Assembly: GCF_011745625.1 (NCBI RefSeq)
Contig: NW_027191477.1
Location: forward strand, 1 to 64,000
Length of the DNA: 64,000 bases
Reading direction: 5' to 3'
Source: Cladosporium halotolerans
Lineage: Eukaryota
The notes below the pieces were generated by a model. It saw only the letters and a list, made by a program, of their open reading frames with translations. It searched no databases and had not been told where the DNA came from. The position numbers were made by a program, and so were the translations under genes. Below, in pieces: positions 23,411-35,100 of this stretch; position 1 is the first letter of the stretch; each line of letters opens with the position of its first letter.

Positions 23411-24913
23411 ATGTCGACGACTGACGAGATCGTTGAAACGCCACCCATGATGAACGAGCCCATCATCATCGTGGGTGCCGGTGTATTTGGGCTCAGCACA
23501 GCAATCCATCTGGCAAAGCGAGGCTACAAGGACGTGACGGTGTACGATCGTCACTCCTACGACGACTCGCAGTTTTCATACTTCAAGGGCGCCGACTCTG
23601 CATCTGCGGACATCAACAAGATCATCCGGTCAGCCTATGGTGGCGTCAGCATCTACCAAGACCTGTCGCTAGAGGCAATTGAAGGCTGGAAAGAGTGGAA
23701 CGAGAGATTGCGCAAAGGCGAAGACTTGCTTTCAGGTCTGAGCAGAGGCGACCAAGTCTTTGTACCCAACGGCAACTTGAGCATGACAGACACGAACGAG
23801 ATCACCGAATTTGACCAAGCCACCATTACTAGCATGGAAGCTGCTGGATATCCTGGAACTCAACTCAACGTCACGGATGCTCGAGACCGGAAGATTGCAG
23901 CCGAGAAAGGCTTCGGCTTGGCCATTGATCCTTTCGGACGGGAGAGAAGAGGCCAGCCAAACACCGCAGTACTAGACACTACTGGCGGTACGGCCGTTGC
24001 GGACAAGGCTTGTCGCTTCGCTCTGCATGAAGCGCGCAGTCTAGGCGTCAACTTTGTTTTGCATCCTTCAAAAGGTGCATTCAAATGCCTCACCTACCAT
24101 TCCAACGCTCGAAGACGGGTGACTGGCATCACCACTAGCGATGGACGGTCGCACCCAGCATGCATGACCATCATGGCATGCGGTGCATGGACACCTTCCC
24201 TCGTCCCCGAAATGGACGGCTTGTGTGAAGCGACAGCGGGCACCGTGGCATTGATCAAGATACCAAGGGAATCACCACTTTGGGATCGCTTCAGCCCCGA
24301 CAACTTCCCGTCATGGCAGTGGAACATGCGGAATGGTTCTGAAGGCGGACTTTACGGATTCGCACGCAATGAAGAGGGTTGGCTGAAGATCGGGTACCGA
24401 GGCCTCAAATACACCAACCCCATCAGCCAGGCGGACAGCATTCAACGCAGCGTGCCCGTGACTCGATGGACACCCGATAGAAAAGGCGGAGAGCGATTGA
24501 CATCGGCCCCTGAGCATGCTTTGAAGGTGATCGAAAGGTTTCTTCAGAATTACTTGCCAGAGCTCGGCGCAGCCGGACTAAAGATCTCGAAAACTCGCAT
24601 CTGCTGGTACAACGACAGCTTCGACAATCATTTGGTAATTGATCGCGTTCCTGAAGTGGGCGGGCTGATGGTAGCTACGGGTGATAGCGGGCACGCGTTC
24701 AAGTACCTTCCCGTCCTCGGGTCATATATTGTCGATGTGATGGAAAGGCGAGGGATAGACAGGGCTTGCATTAGAGCCTGGCAATGGCGTAGTCTTGGAG
24801 TTGAAACTCCGCAAAATGTTTTGATGGAAGGGAGCGCAAGTCCGAGGTCGTTGCAAAAGGTGCCTCTTGTTGCAGAAGAAAATCTTTCTGCGCCTCTGCG
24901 AGCTCGGCTCTGA
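23411..24913 (+). CDS. FAD-dependent amine oxidase (sarcosine / L-pipecolate / fructosyl-amino-acid oxidase family)
   Basis: IIVGAGVFGLSTA, SASADINKIIRSAYG, RICWY (covalent-FAD Cys position) and ATGDSGHAFKYLPVLG; intronless, 500 aa. Confidence 0.88.
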   Translation: MSTTDEIVETPPMMNEPIIIVGAGVFGLSTAIHLAKRGYKDVTVYDRHSYDDSQFSYFKGADSASADINKIIRSAYGGVSIYQDLSLEAIEGWKEWNERLRKGEDLLSGLSRGDQVFVPNGNLSMTDTNEITEFDQATITSMEAAGYPGTQLNVTDARDRKIAAEKGFGLAIDPFGRERRGQPNTAVLDTTGGTAVADKACRFALHEARSLGVNFVLHPSKGAFKCLTYHSNARRRVTGITTSDGRSHPACMTIMACGAWTPSLVPEMDGLCEATAGTVALIKIPRESPLWDRFSPDNFPSWQWNMRNGSEGGLYGFARNEEGWLKIGYRGLKYTNPISQADSIQRSVPVTRWTPDRKGGERLTSAPEHALKVIERFLQNYLPELGAAGLKISKTRICWYNDSFDNHLVIDRVPEVGGLMVATGDSGHAFKYLPVLGSYIVDVMERRGIDRACIRAWQWRSLGVETPQNVLMEGSASPRSLQKVPLVAEENLSAPLRARL

Positions 24914-25485
24914 TGTCGCGCGTTGTATCCTGTACCAACAACTTACACCTGCGAATAAGGCTGCTATGCAGCCAATCCAGCCAATCATGATGACAGTGTA
25001 ATCCTTAATAGGGCGAGTACATTACAATGCAGAAGGACTACGTGCGTATCTCGGCGCTCGGCCAATCCGATGTCTCAGCACGTGAGCGTGCTCTCGTGGG
25101 AATCTTCTAGTCACTCATCTTTGCTTTGTCAGCATGTCATGATCAGTATTCCATCCCAGCTTTACACCAAAGAACAAGACGAGTATGTGGTAAGACGTGT
25201 GGGGATTCTGGTACGATACATCAGCACAGTCAAGTGATTAGTGATCAAATCCATTTCGGAGGGTTTCACCACTAATGACGCGATTCGTACCCACTGATGA
25301 GTGATCACCAATTAGAAAGACATCATAGCATAAAGCGATCACCGAGAAGACATTTGGGTGGAATCGGATGCGCAGTCTAGTCTTGCAAGCTTCTGATTAC
25401 GGCTTGTCGCATCTACACCAGACAGTATCCGCATGCGCATCTGCCCAGACCTTACGACCGAGCTCTCGAATCTCACAAACACAAA

Positions 25486-25932
25486 ATGCCTCTCTGGCTA
25501 ATTTACCATCCAACAGGCACTTTCGAGGATGTGGCCTCGAAAGAGTCGTTCGCCAAAGACATCACAAGTGCGTACGTCGGATGGGGTCTGCCAGCGTTCT
25601 ACGTGATCGTGAATTTCATCAAACTTACCGGAACCGACATGTACATCGGCGGACGACCGAACACTGGAAACCCATTCATCCGCCTGCGAGTTGACCACAT
25701 TGCGGTCCGCCTAGACGATGATGATGCTGCATACAACCGTGTCACGGCTAGCATCGACAAGATTCTCAAGCCGCACATCGAGGACAAGGGATACGACTGG
25801 GAGTATCACATCGACGAGACGGAGAGAAGGCTGTGGAAGATCCAGGGCCTTGCACCGCCGCCCTTCAAGAGCGAGGAGGAGAAGGTGTGGATTGAGCAGA
25901 ACAAACCGTCGCCGTGGGAGAATTCGGAGTAG
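25486..25932 (+). CDS. Putative oxalocrotonate tautomerase (cis-CaaD-like, Pro-1 enzyme)
   Basis: 148 aa beginning M-P-LWLIYHP, with ITSAY..GLPAFYV, DHIA and DWEYHIDETERRLWKIQGL.PP. Confidence 0.82.
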   Translation: MPLWLIYHPTGTFEDVASKESFAKDITSAYVGWGLPAFYVIVNFIKLTGTDMYIGGRPNTGNPFIRLRVDHIAVRLDDDDAAYNRVTASIDKILKPHIEDKGYDWEYHIDETERRLWKIQGLAPPPFKSEEEKVWIEQNKPSPWENSE

Positions 25933-27484
25933 AGCCCTGCAAATCAGAGCTGCGCAGGAAGCTTCTCCTGTGGCGTTGACTCCGTCTTGGGCCGCGGGCT
26001 ACACAGCCTCAGATCATCCAGCGGTCTTTACCTGTTTTTGTTCTAGAATACCGGTAGCAGTAGTAAAGCCGTTGAGCGCGATGAATCAGTATATTTTATC
26101 CATTTCACGAAGCGGCTGCTGAGGACTGGCAGTATATATAGCTGCAAATGGCACAGTTTCAAGATGACGATAAACTGCCTCAATGGCGCTCTCTCAGCTC
26201 GTGTATGTGGCCAATGGCGGTTTGCGCTACGGTATAAGGTAAGCCAAAAGGCCCGCAGTCAGGGCGGAAGCTCCTCTGAAGTTCAACAATCCTTCGACAA
26301 AGCTTGAACAGCATTCAGGTCGGAGTGGCGGTGCAGAGGAATACGAAGGACGAGAAGAACGACGACCTTTTTGAACACGAGGATACCACAAGACATCGCT
26401 GCGTAGACAGACATTTATATATACACTTGTACGGAATACTCAGGTCTTATTGAGATTCCCAGCTTACTCACATGTCCTTTGATCTCCGACAGCAACGCGC
26501 AACATCATCTCCGACGAGGGACCAGATTGACAAACCATTCAAAATCCCACGAGTTCCTTGCGACACAATGAGAACCGGAGTCTGTTCCAAAGCCCTGACT
26601 CTTCCGGTAGCCCTGGGTGTGGCTATCGCGGGTCCCGACACCACCAGCAGCGACCCAACGAGTGCCCTTGTCTATCGCGACACAAGTGGAAAGACCGCTT
26701 GCCTGGGCGGCCAGGACTCTGGAAGTCGTCATGTCGCCCCCTTGGCGCGTGTCTAATTCCGATTTCAACAAAATGCGAGAAGGCTCGATCATTCATGTCG
26801 GCAATACCTGCGATGAGTATGGGAACGCTCTTGGACTCGGCGATCCGATGGTCCGGACCTTCCGACTGAGCACGTAGGTCTTACGCCACAAGAGATTGGC
26901 AATGATCGGACGATGATTTGGCATTACCTTCCTGCATGGCCGGCCTTTGCTATGTGTCGAGGAAGCACGCATGACCAGTCAGCTACTCCCAACCGCCGCG
27001 ATGCGATCTCAACTTCACTTGGGCGTCAAGTAGGGAGGGCGGTTCTCCAAGTCCGCTCAGGATACTCCATACCAAGCGGTTACAGCGAACCAGCGATTTG
27101 CGCAAGGTTCACGGCATGCATAGTAAGAGGGAGCCAACTTTGCCAGGAAAGTCTGTGCGAGTCCGCTGAGGGCCGATGGCCGGCGCGTAAACGAGCTGGT
27201 GCGGTGGACGGGTTCGGCGAATCCAGGTGAGGTGAGACGGGCTTCCCCCGACCGCGGCGGCCGAGATTGTTGCAATTGGTCCAGAGACGGCGGATATGAG
27301 GTGACTGAGTCGGATCAGCGAGGTTAGCATCGACGTCCCTACTGCAGCGGTAGCGCAAAAAGATTTGCAAATTGAAGAAGTGAGTATGGTGTATTCTACG
27401 CTCGCAAAAACTTGGTGTCTCACGAGTAGACGCCGACCACCACAACATGTACCCTTGCTACAAATACATTGGACGCGAACGACC

Positions 27485-30400
27485 TCACGTGCCCGTACCT
27501 CCCAGATCTTGCTCCTTGACAAACCTGCTGTAAACGCCCTTTCTCTGCAACAACTCCGCGTGCGAGCCGCTCTCTACCAGCTTTCCAGCTTGCAAGACAA
27601 AGATCTTGTCCGCTTTCTGAATCGTACTCAGCCGGTGTGCTACAGCAATCGTAGTCCTGCCCTCAGCAGCCTTATCGAGAGCCTCTTGCACCAGGTGCTC
27701 CGACTCCGAGTCCAGCGCGCTCGTCGCCTCGTCGAGAAGGAGAATCTTAGGATTGCGGAGTAAAGTCCTCGCGATGGCGATACGTTGTCGCTGTCCACCT
27801 GAGAGCTGAACGCCCTTGTTGCCCAGAGTAGTATTGTAGCCATCCGGGAGAGACGAGATCAAGCTCTCGATGTTGGCGTCTTGGCAGGCTTTGGCGATGC
27901 GCTCGTCCGAGACTTCCTCGTGGAGAGGCAAACCCATGAGCAGGTTCTGGCGGATGGTCCCAGAGAACAGCACAGGTTCTTGAGCGACGACGGAAAGTTG
28001 AGTGCGGAGAATGTTGGCCTCGAGGGAGCTGAGATCTGTGCCGTCCACGGTGATTGATCCGGAGGTAGGGTAATAAAGTCTAGACATCAGGCTGATGACT
28101 GTGGACTTGCCGCAACCCGAGTGTCCGACGAGAGCTACAAAGCTTCCCGCTGGGATGTCTAGGCTGAGACCGTCAAGCACAATTGCTGGGCGTCCAGGGT
28201 ACGAAAAGCGGATGTCGTTAATCTGTATGTGGCCCTCCAGACTCTTGTTGCTACCGTCAATCTTCTCGCCAGAAGCCTTTTTCTCTGTCGAATCGTCGCC
28301 CAGTAGATCGATGAGTCTTTCCGCAGCGACCCTTGTCTTGGTGATGTCTGGGCCGAAACCGAAGAAATTGGCCGCCGACTGCGCACCAAAGATTACTGCA
28401 GCAAGGCCTGTCACAGGATGTTAGCTTCTAAACGCCGTCACTCTCATTCATGGACCACCTTACAGATGAAGAACTGCTCAGCTCCATACTCTCCCGAGCC
28501 GATCAATTTACCGCCGTACCAAAAGACCAAGGCGAAAATGAGGAACTGCGAGGCTTGCGAGATGCCGAAGAAGAATGAAGAGGTGATGACCCATCTCATA
28601 CTCTTGCGCTCAGCATCGACAAGCTGATCCCGGTAGGTTTGCCAGACCGTCGACTGCTTTGACAGCGATGCGACCGTCCTGATTCCAGAAATGTACTCCG
28701 ATGCCGAGGCCGCAGAGTCCTCGAACGTCTTCTTCGCCATCACTTGGAACTTTGCCAACAACGAGACTCGAATGAATCCGCTGACAAGAATGACGGGCAC
28801 AACTGATATACATACCAACGCAAGCTTCCAGCCAATGGCAAGAGCCAGAATCATGCCACCGAAGAGGGTGACCGCACCGTCAATCAAGGTACCGAGTGTC
28901 GCGCCCGAAATAGCTGCCGCGTTGTCAGGCTCTGTAGCCAACATGGAAGTCAAAGCACCGGCCGAGTGTTGGGGCGTGTCAAACCATTCCGCCTCCTGTC
29001 TTAGACTGAAGCCAAATATGGTGTTCCTCAACCTTGCAGTAAGTCTCGCCGACGCAATCCCAAAAAGGTAGCCTCTGCCTGCAAGTGCGAAGAAAGCCAC
29101 GAAGCCCACGAGCAGATACATGCCAGCCCAGAAGTTGATCTTGAGGCCGACGAAATCCGGGGCAACAATCGCGAGGATAGATTTGGCGAACAGAACAGCG
29201 CCCACGGGCTGGACCATGCCTGATATGACTGACAACGCGCAGCCGCCGATTAGAAGCCACTTTTCTTGCCGATTGTAGTGGTAGAGGAACTTGCTGACCT
29301 CCCACCATGAGTGCTTCTTCCCAGCACCTGTTCCCTTGTCAAGATCATTGTTGTCGTCCATATCGGTTGCTGACAGGGTTGTTGAAGCCCGTCGGAGGCT
29401 TGTCCCCAGCTTGTCGTGAGTCCTAGTCCGAGAGACGGCAGGCGACAGCTCCGCCTCGGTAATCTCTGCCTCTCCGAACTTCTCGGAGTCTTTCGCCTCG
29501 CAGTCACCTCCAGTGTCCTTCGATAGGACTTGTGCGTCTACGAGCTTCTTGTAAGTACCTCCGAGAGCAAGGAGTTCGCTATGAGTCCCCTGTTCGCACA
29601 CCTGTCCACCAAGGATCACGGCGATAGAGTCCGCATCGCGGATAGTCGACAAGCGATGCGCGATCATGATAGTGGTGCGATGGCGACTTGCTTCTTGGAT
29701 AGCAGCTTGAACGTAGCGCTCGCTTTCGGTGTCCAGAGCGGATGTCGCTTCGTCAAACAGTAGGATCTTAGGGTCGGAGATCAGAGCACGAGCAATAGCG
29801 ATGCGTTGTCGTTGTCCACCGGATAGCAGCACGCCACGCTCGCCAACTGAAGTCTTGTAGCCTCGCGGCAGTCGTGACACAAAGTCGTGAGCGTAAGCCT
29901 GCTTTGCGGCCTGAATGACAGCTTCGTCAACCTGCTGTTCAGTGTATTGCTTTCTCTGAACATCCGACAGGCCAAAGGCAATGTTGTCGCGCACGCTTAG
30001 ACTGAACAAAACAGGCTCCTGGCTCACGACGGATATCTGTCGCCTTAGACTGCCGAGATTGTACTTGGTGATGTCGACGCCATCGACGGTGATGGTTCCT
30101 TGCACTGGTGTGTAGAAACGCTGAAGCAGCCCGACGACCGTTGACTTTCCGCCACCGCTTGGCCCTACAAGAGCAGTTGTTTTGCCGGCAGGTATGTGTA
30201 GGTTGTAGTCTGAGAGCGCATTGACCGTGATCCTAGATGGATAGACGTGTCGCACGTCTCTGAACTCGATCTCGCCTTGAATGTTGCCAGCGTCCGAGCC
30301 TTGCATGTCTGTAGCGTCGATGGGTGACACCCTATCAATAGCGCGGAAGATTGTAGCTGCAGCAGTCGTGCCAGCGTTGAAGGCCTGGAAGTTTGGCGCG

Positions 30401-31485
30401 ATCATCGCCACTGAGAAGCAACCCGTCATGATTGCCAAGAGGGTGATGATGATGGCCACGATGTCGACATCCCCTGATTGCTGAAACCTGTCGCCCTGCC
30501 AGAAAGCGAGTCCGTACATGAGATTGACGATCAACATCATGATAGCAAGCATGATGCCAGTGTAAGACTTCGATTTGCCACTCCACTGCTCTGCAACGTG
30601 CGTAGATGTCGCGTATCGGGCCTTCAAACGCTCATGCATGTTCAAAGCCAGGACCGTCTTGATCGCGCTGAAGGCTTCCTCTGCCACCGTCGCTGCTTCC
30701 GACGCCCCTTCGCCGGCCTTCTTGCCAGTGCTTTGCATTGGTACGGAGACGGCGCCCATGAAAAGCAAGATGGCTAGCAAGCTAGAAGACAGAATCAATG
30801 CCAGCGCCCAGTATTGGACGAAACCGACAACGAAGGACCCAACGACAGTAGCCGTGAAGGTCAGGGTCAGCCCCACCTTCTCCGAGATGGCCTCCTGGAT
30901 TGCATTCATATCTGAGGTGATGTGAGAAGTCATCTTTCCGGTACCAAAGGTGTCGAAGAATCCGATGTTCTGCTTCAGCAGAGAGTGCAAATACTCCTCA
31001 CGGACCTTCCGAGCAATGCGGCGGCCGGTGTGCTGCCATCCTGCCGTAGCGATCCATTCAAGCCCAAAAGAAGCGATCGCCAGATAAACCAGATACAGGA
31101 TGCGCTGATTGCTTGCGCTGTTGCCGCCCACGGCCGCACCAATGTTGGCAACGGAGCCGTTGCTGAGGTCACCCACTAGCTGACCGAAGATAATGATCAT
31201 CAGAGGCGCGATCACGCCTGCCGCGAGAGAACATATAGCACTGACAACGACGAGGAGGAAGTCGGCGGGACTGGCATACCGGTAGGCGGAGAAAATGTTA
31301 GCCTTGGCCTCGTCGGAGAAGCCGATCTGGTCTTTGAGGATCTTCGCCTGGGCTTCAGTAAGGCCAGCGTGCGCGTAGTCGTCGTCTGAAGGACCTTTCG
31401 TGTCTCGGGACTCAGAGTCGCTGCCCTTCTCGGGCTCCTTGTCATCTTTCCCATCCTTGCCTTTGTTCCGCTTGAAGAGCCGCAT
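27485..31485 (-). CDS. Full-size ABCB (MDR/P-glycoprotein) transporter; 2 exons
   Basis: TMD-NBD-TMD-NBD layout; Walker A GPSGGGKS and GHSGCGKS, LSGGQRQR twice, DEATSALD twice; intron 28408-28463. Confidence 0.95.
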
Positions 31486-32179
31486 GACGCGATGATCATT
31501 AGTCGGGGGAGCGCGTCGACGAGATTAAGGCGGTATCAGCTTGCAGCCATAGGGGAAGGACGGCAAAGAAGCCTGGAGGATGAGGGTGCATGTCTCCTGC
31601 ATAAATAAAGTCCTCAGCACGCGCGGATCAGGCGACAAAATAACAAGTCGCCTTGGTGAACACTGCGGCCTGGAGCTGCAAAGCCGAGTGCCAAGTCAAG
31701 AGGCGAGCGGGAGATGCGACACCCGGCGCGACTCTGGGGGGAGACGCGAATGCGAATAGGCTTCAGCCGCGCGCGGGCTCCACAAATGAGTCTCAATCAG
31801 GTGGAATCGCGCGCTCGGCCGCCGGCTCCATCTTTGCGCATTTCGTCGATAGAGTGGGACAGATTGATATTTGGGTCATCGGACGGAGTATGCGTCGCTG
31901 GAGCCGTGGCGAGGTGCCAGCCGCTGTCTGCCATGGCTTCTTGATGGGGTATTACGGTGGAAACTGGGTTATTAGGGTTACCAGATTAGGGTTAACGTCG
32001 CGCTCGCGAAACTTGACCTTACGTCGGAGTTGGCCCAGCGTTCGTCTGCCCACCTTCAAGCCCACGCGAGGTTGATACCCTCCTAACAAATACGCCAAAC
32101 ATGCCGCCTCCCATGCGCAAATCATCACTTGCAAAGCCTCAGATCGAAACACGCCACACAGCATCGCCACCCGCCCTTC

Positions 32180-35100
32180 TCACGATTCATTCGAACCCAC
32201 CGTGCTAGGTCCCCTCGACCGCGAAGCGTGCCCGCCATCTGTCTTGTTCCCTCGCTGTACATCAGCGATCGAGCTCTCATACAAATCGTCACTCCTGGAG
32301 CGGGGCAGTGGCAGCCCTGCTCTCTCCGCTGGGTAGCCTCCGAGCGCGCCGCTTCGGCCGTGGAAGCCATGCACCGTCCTAAAGCCACTGGGTGTGTCGG
32401 GGCTTCTGTTGGCGTTGTTACCGTTAGCTGGAGGGCTCCTTGGAGGCGAAACTGAGCTGTCGAAGGAGGCATGGACAGGACGGTTTAACGGATTAGAGGA
32501 TAGTCTGGCGTTGGCGTACCCACCCTTCCTTTGGGGGACGTAAGAGGAGGACTCCTCGTGAATAACCTGAGGCCTCAAATCGCTTTGCGACTTGTGACTC
32601 GTTGGAGGGCTGGACCCGCCTCTCTCCTCGCTCGCTTTGACATTTGCGAGGACTTCTTCGCGGTACTTGCGCTCCAAGACCTTGATGTCATCTTTGAGTC
32701 TTTCTTGGATTTCTCGTTCGAGATTGGCAACCTGTGTTGCCGACTCAAGGCTCGCTTGCGCTGCGATGCTTTGTTCCTCCGTCTTACGCATCTTCTCCTG
32801 CAGATCTCGGATCTCATCCCGCAGGTCAAGGTTCATCTGCGTCTCTCGACTCAGAGCTTCGTCCGCAGCTTTCACTTCGTCTTGAAGGATGCCCAACTCT
32901 TGCTTCTTCCTGAGCGCGGCATTGGCTTGTCTCTCGGTCTCCAGAAGCCTCTGAACTTTCTCAACAGAGTCATTGGCGAGAGCGGTCTGACCTCTCTCGG
33001 CGCTGAGCTGCACCAAGAGTTCCGCACGCTCATTCTGCATTGCTTTGACCATCTGACCTGCAGACTCGTAAGTCTGGCCTTGGAAGGATTTCGCTGCCAG
33101 CATGCGCTGTTTCTCGTGTTGCAAGAACTCGATGTCGTTATGGCTGCTTCGGAGTTGCTCCTGCGCCTCTGCGAGTATTACTTTCAACCCCTCGATGTTC
33201 TCGTCGCGCTCGCGCAAATCCTCGAGTGCCTTCCGCAGATGCTCCTTCGAAGGGTTCGTTTTGACTGGGACAGTTAGCAAGGTTTGAGTTCTTGGTAAGG
33301 TTCTTGCACTGACCTTGTTCCTTGTATGAATCGATGCTGGTGTTCATCTTGTCCGCGAGTACCGTCGCACAGGACGGGTTCAATCCGTTTGCGGCGGCTG
33401 ACAGCGGAAGTCCACGGTTGGGACTTCGGTATGTCACGTCTGCACCCGCATCACATAATAAGTTCACACACGCTTCGTCGCCTTTCCACGCCGCCATGAT
33501 AAGCGCTGTGTCTCCGTCCGCGTTCCTGGCGTCTATGTCGGCACCATGTCGGATTAGCAACTCAATGGATTCCATGGACATGTGCGCCGCTGCGTTGATC
33601 AGAGGAGTAGATCCATCGCCGCTCGCAACCACATTGACGTTGATGCCTGGCGGGGAGACGAGCAGCTCGAGGACCTCATGCTGGGCTTTTTGCGTTGCAG
33701 CCGTGATTGGGTTGGTAAACACGCCTCCGCCGAGATTCGGGTCAGCTCCGTGTTGCATGAGGATTCTGACGACCCCTACTCTCTTGTTGTCGCAAGCAGC
33801 CTGCAAGGCGGTGCTACTGAAGAAGCCTAGCTCTTCGCTGTCGAATGCCTTCTTGTTGACTGCAGCCCCATGCTCCAACAAAATGTTGACCGCATCATCG
33901 TGGCCTTCACCAGCAGCGATCTGTAAGGCGTATCCGCGATTGCCGTCAATCTGGGCGCCATGCTCAATCAACGCTGCCAGTATCGGAACGTTGCCTGAGC
34001 TTGCGGCTGCATTCAGAGGGTTTAGAAAGTCTGTCGTGGCAGACGTGTCGGCAGCATATACGGCGATCGACTTTGGCCACTGAGCAAGAGCGTTGGCATC
34101 CGCTCCGCATGTGTTCAGAAGCCAGCCCACTGTTGATCCTTTGTTCAAGACGGTGGCCTGGTACAAGGAGAAGTCGCAAATGTCCTTCGAAACGCCATGT
34201 CTTGTGAACTCCCAGATCTTCTGCAGAATGTCGAGATGCTCTTCGCGGCTGGTTGCTGTCAGGTAAAACGTGGCGTCGAGATAGACGTCTCTCCTGTTTC
34301 CTTTCGCGGTATCGTTGATGGTGTATTCCAGCAGCTCATTGACACAGCCCCAGTTCTTCTCAAGAGCCGCGGAGAGGATTGCATCTTCCACCGTGTTGTT
34401 CGTGTACACGTGCTCGAACTTGAGCAGTGTGCAGACACTTTCGTGACGGCCGGAGTATGAGGCAGCGATCAACGCTTGGTCCAAAAGCTTGACATTCTGG
34501 AGCCACTTGATCTTGCCTGACTGAAGAATGTCTCGGAAGAGCCCTGGCTCGGAGATTCCGGCTGAAAGCGTGAGAGGCGGGTCGCATCTTGTGTAGTCGA
34601 CGTCGAAATGCACCTCGCCGCCCATGATCAGCTTGACCGCATCTACCGTGCCTGAGCGGATGGCGGCGTTGATGACTGGACCGATCTTTTGGCTGAATGC
34701 ATTGACGTCGCTCCCTTTCTCGATGAGGAGTTTCATCACTGTGTGATTGCCACGAAGCGCAGCAAGATGCAAAGCGGTTCCGGAACTCCCAGCGCCAGAC
34801 TCAGTATCGGCGCCTGCTCTGATCAGCGTGTCGACAGCGTCGTACTTGTTCTTAAATGCAGCAACGTGGAGCTATCCAGATCAGCACAGGTACTCTCACA
34901 AACCAAGGAAGGCAACTTACCGCGGTCATTCCGTCGGCGTTGAGAGAAGAGAGCAGTCCCGCGCCAAACCTGGTCACGAGTATGGAGACCAGCTCATTCG
35001 CACCGAGTCCCGCAGCAACGTGTAAGGCCGACATCTGCGTCGTGTTCAACTCATTGAAGTCCCCCGACATGGTGGCGAAACTTCTCAGCCACCCGTGCCT

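Noticed and set aside
9643..31485. Including the TOK channel and ABCB transporter in the catabolic cluster, or calling it a secondary-metabolite cluster
   Set aside because: I did not spot the shared GGAA-core site in their promoters, and there is no PKS, NRPS or terpene synthase in the window.
32531..34083. Plus-strand 248-aa and 253-aa ORFs opposite the NLR
   Set aside because: Antisense shadows of the coiled-coil and ankyrin exons.
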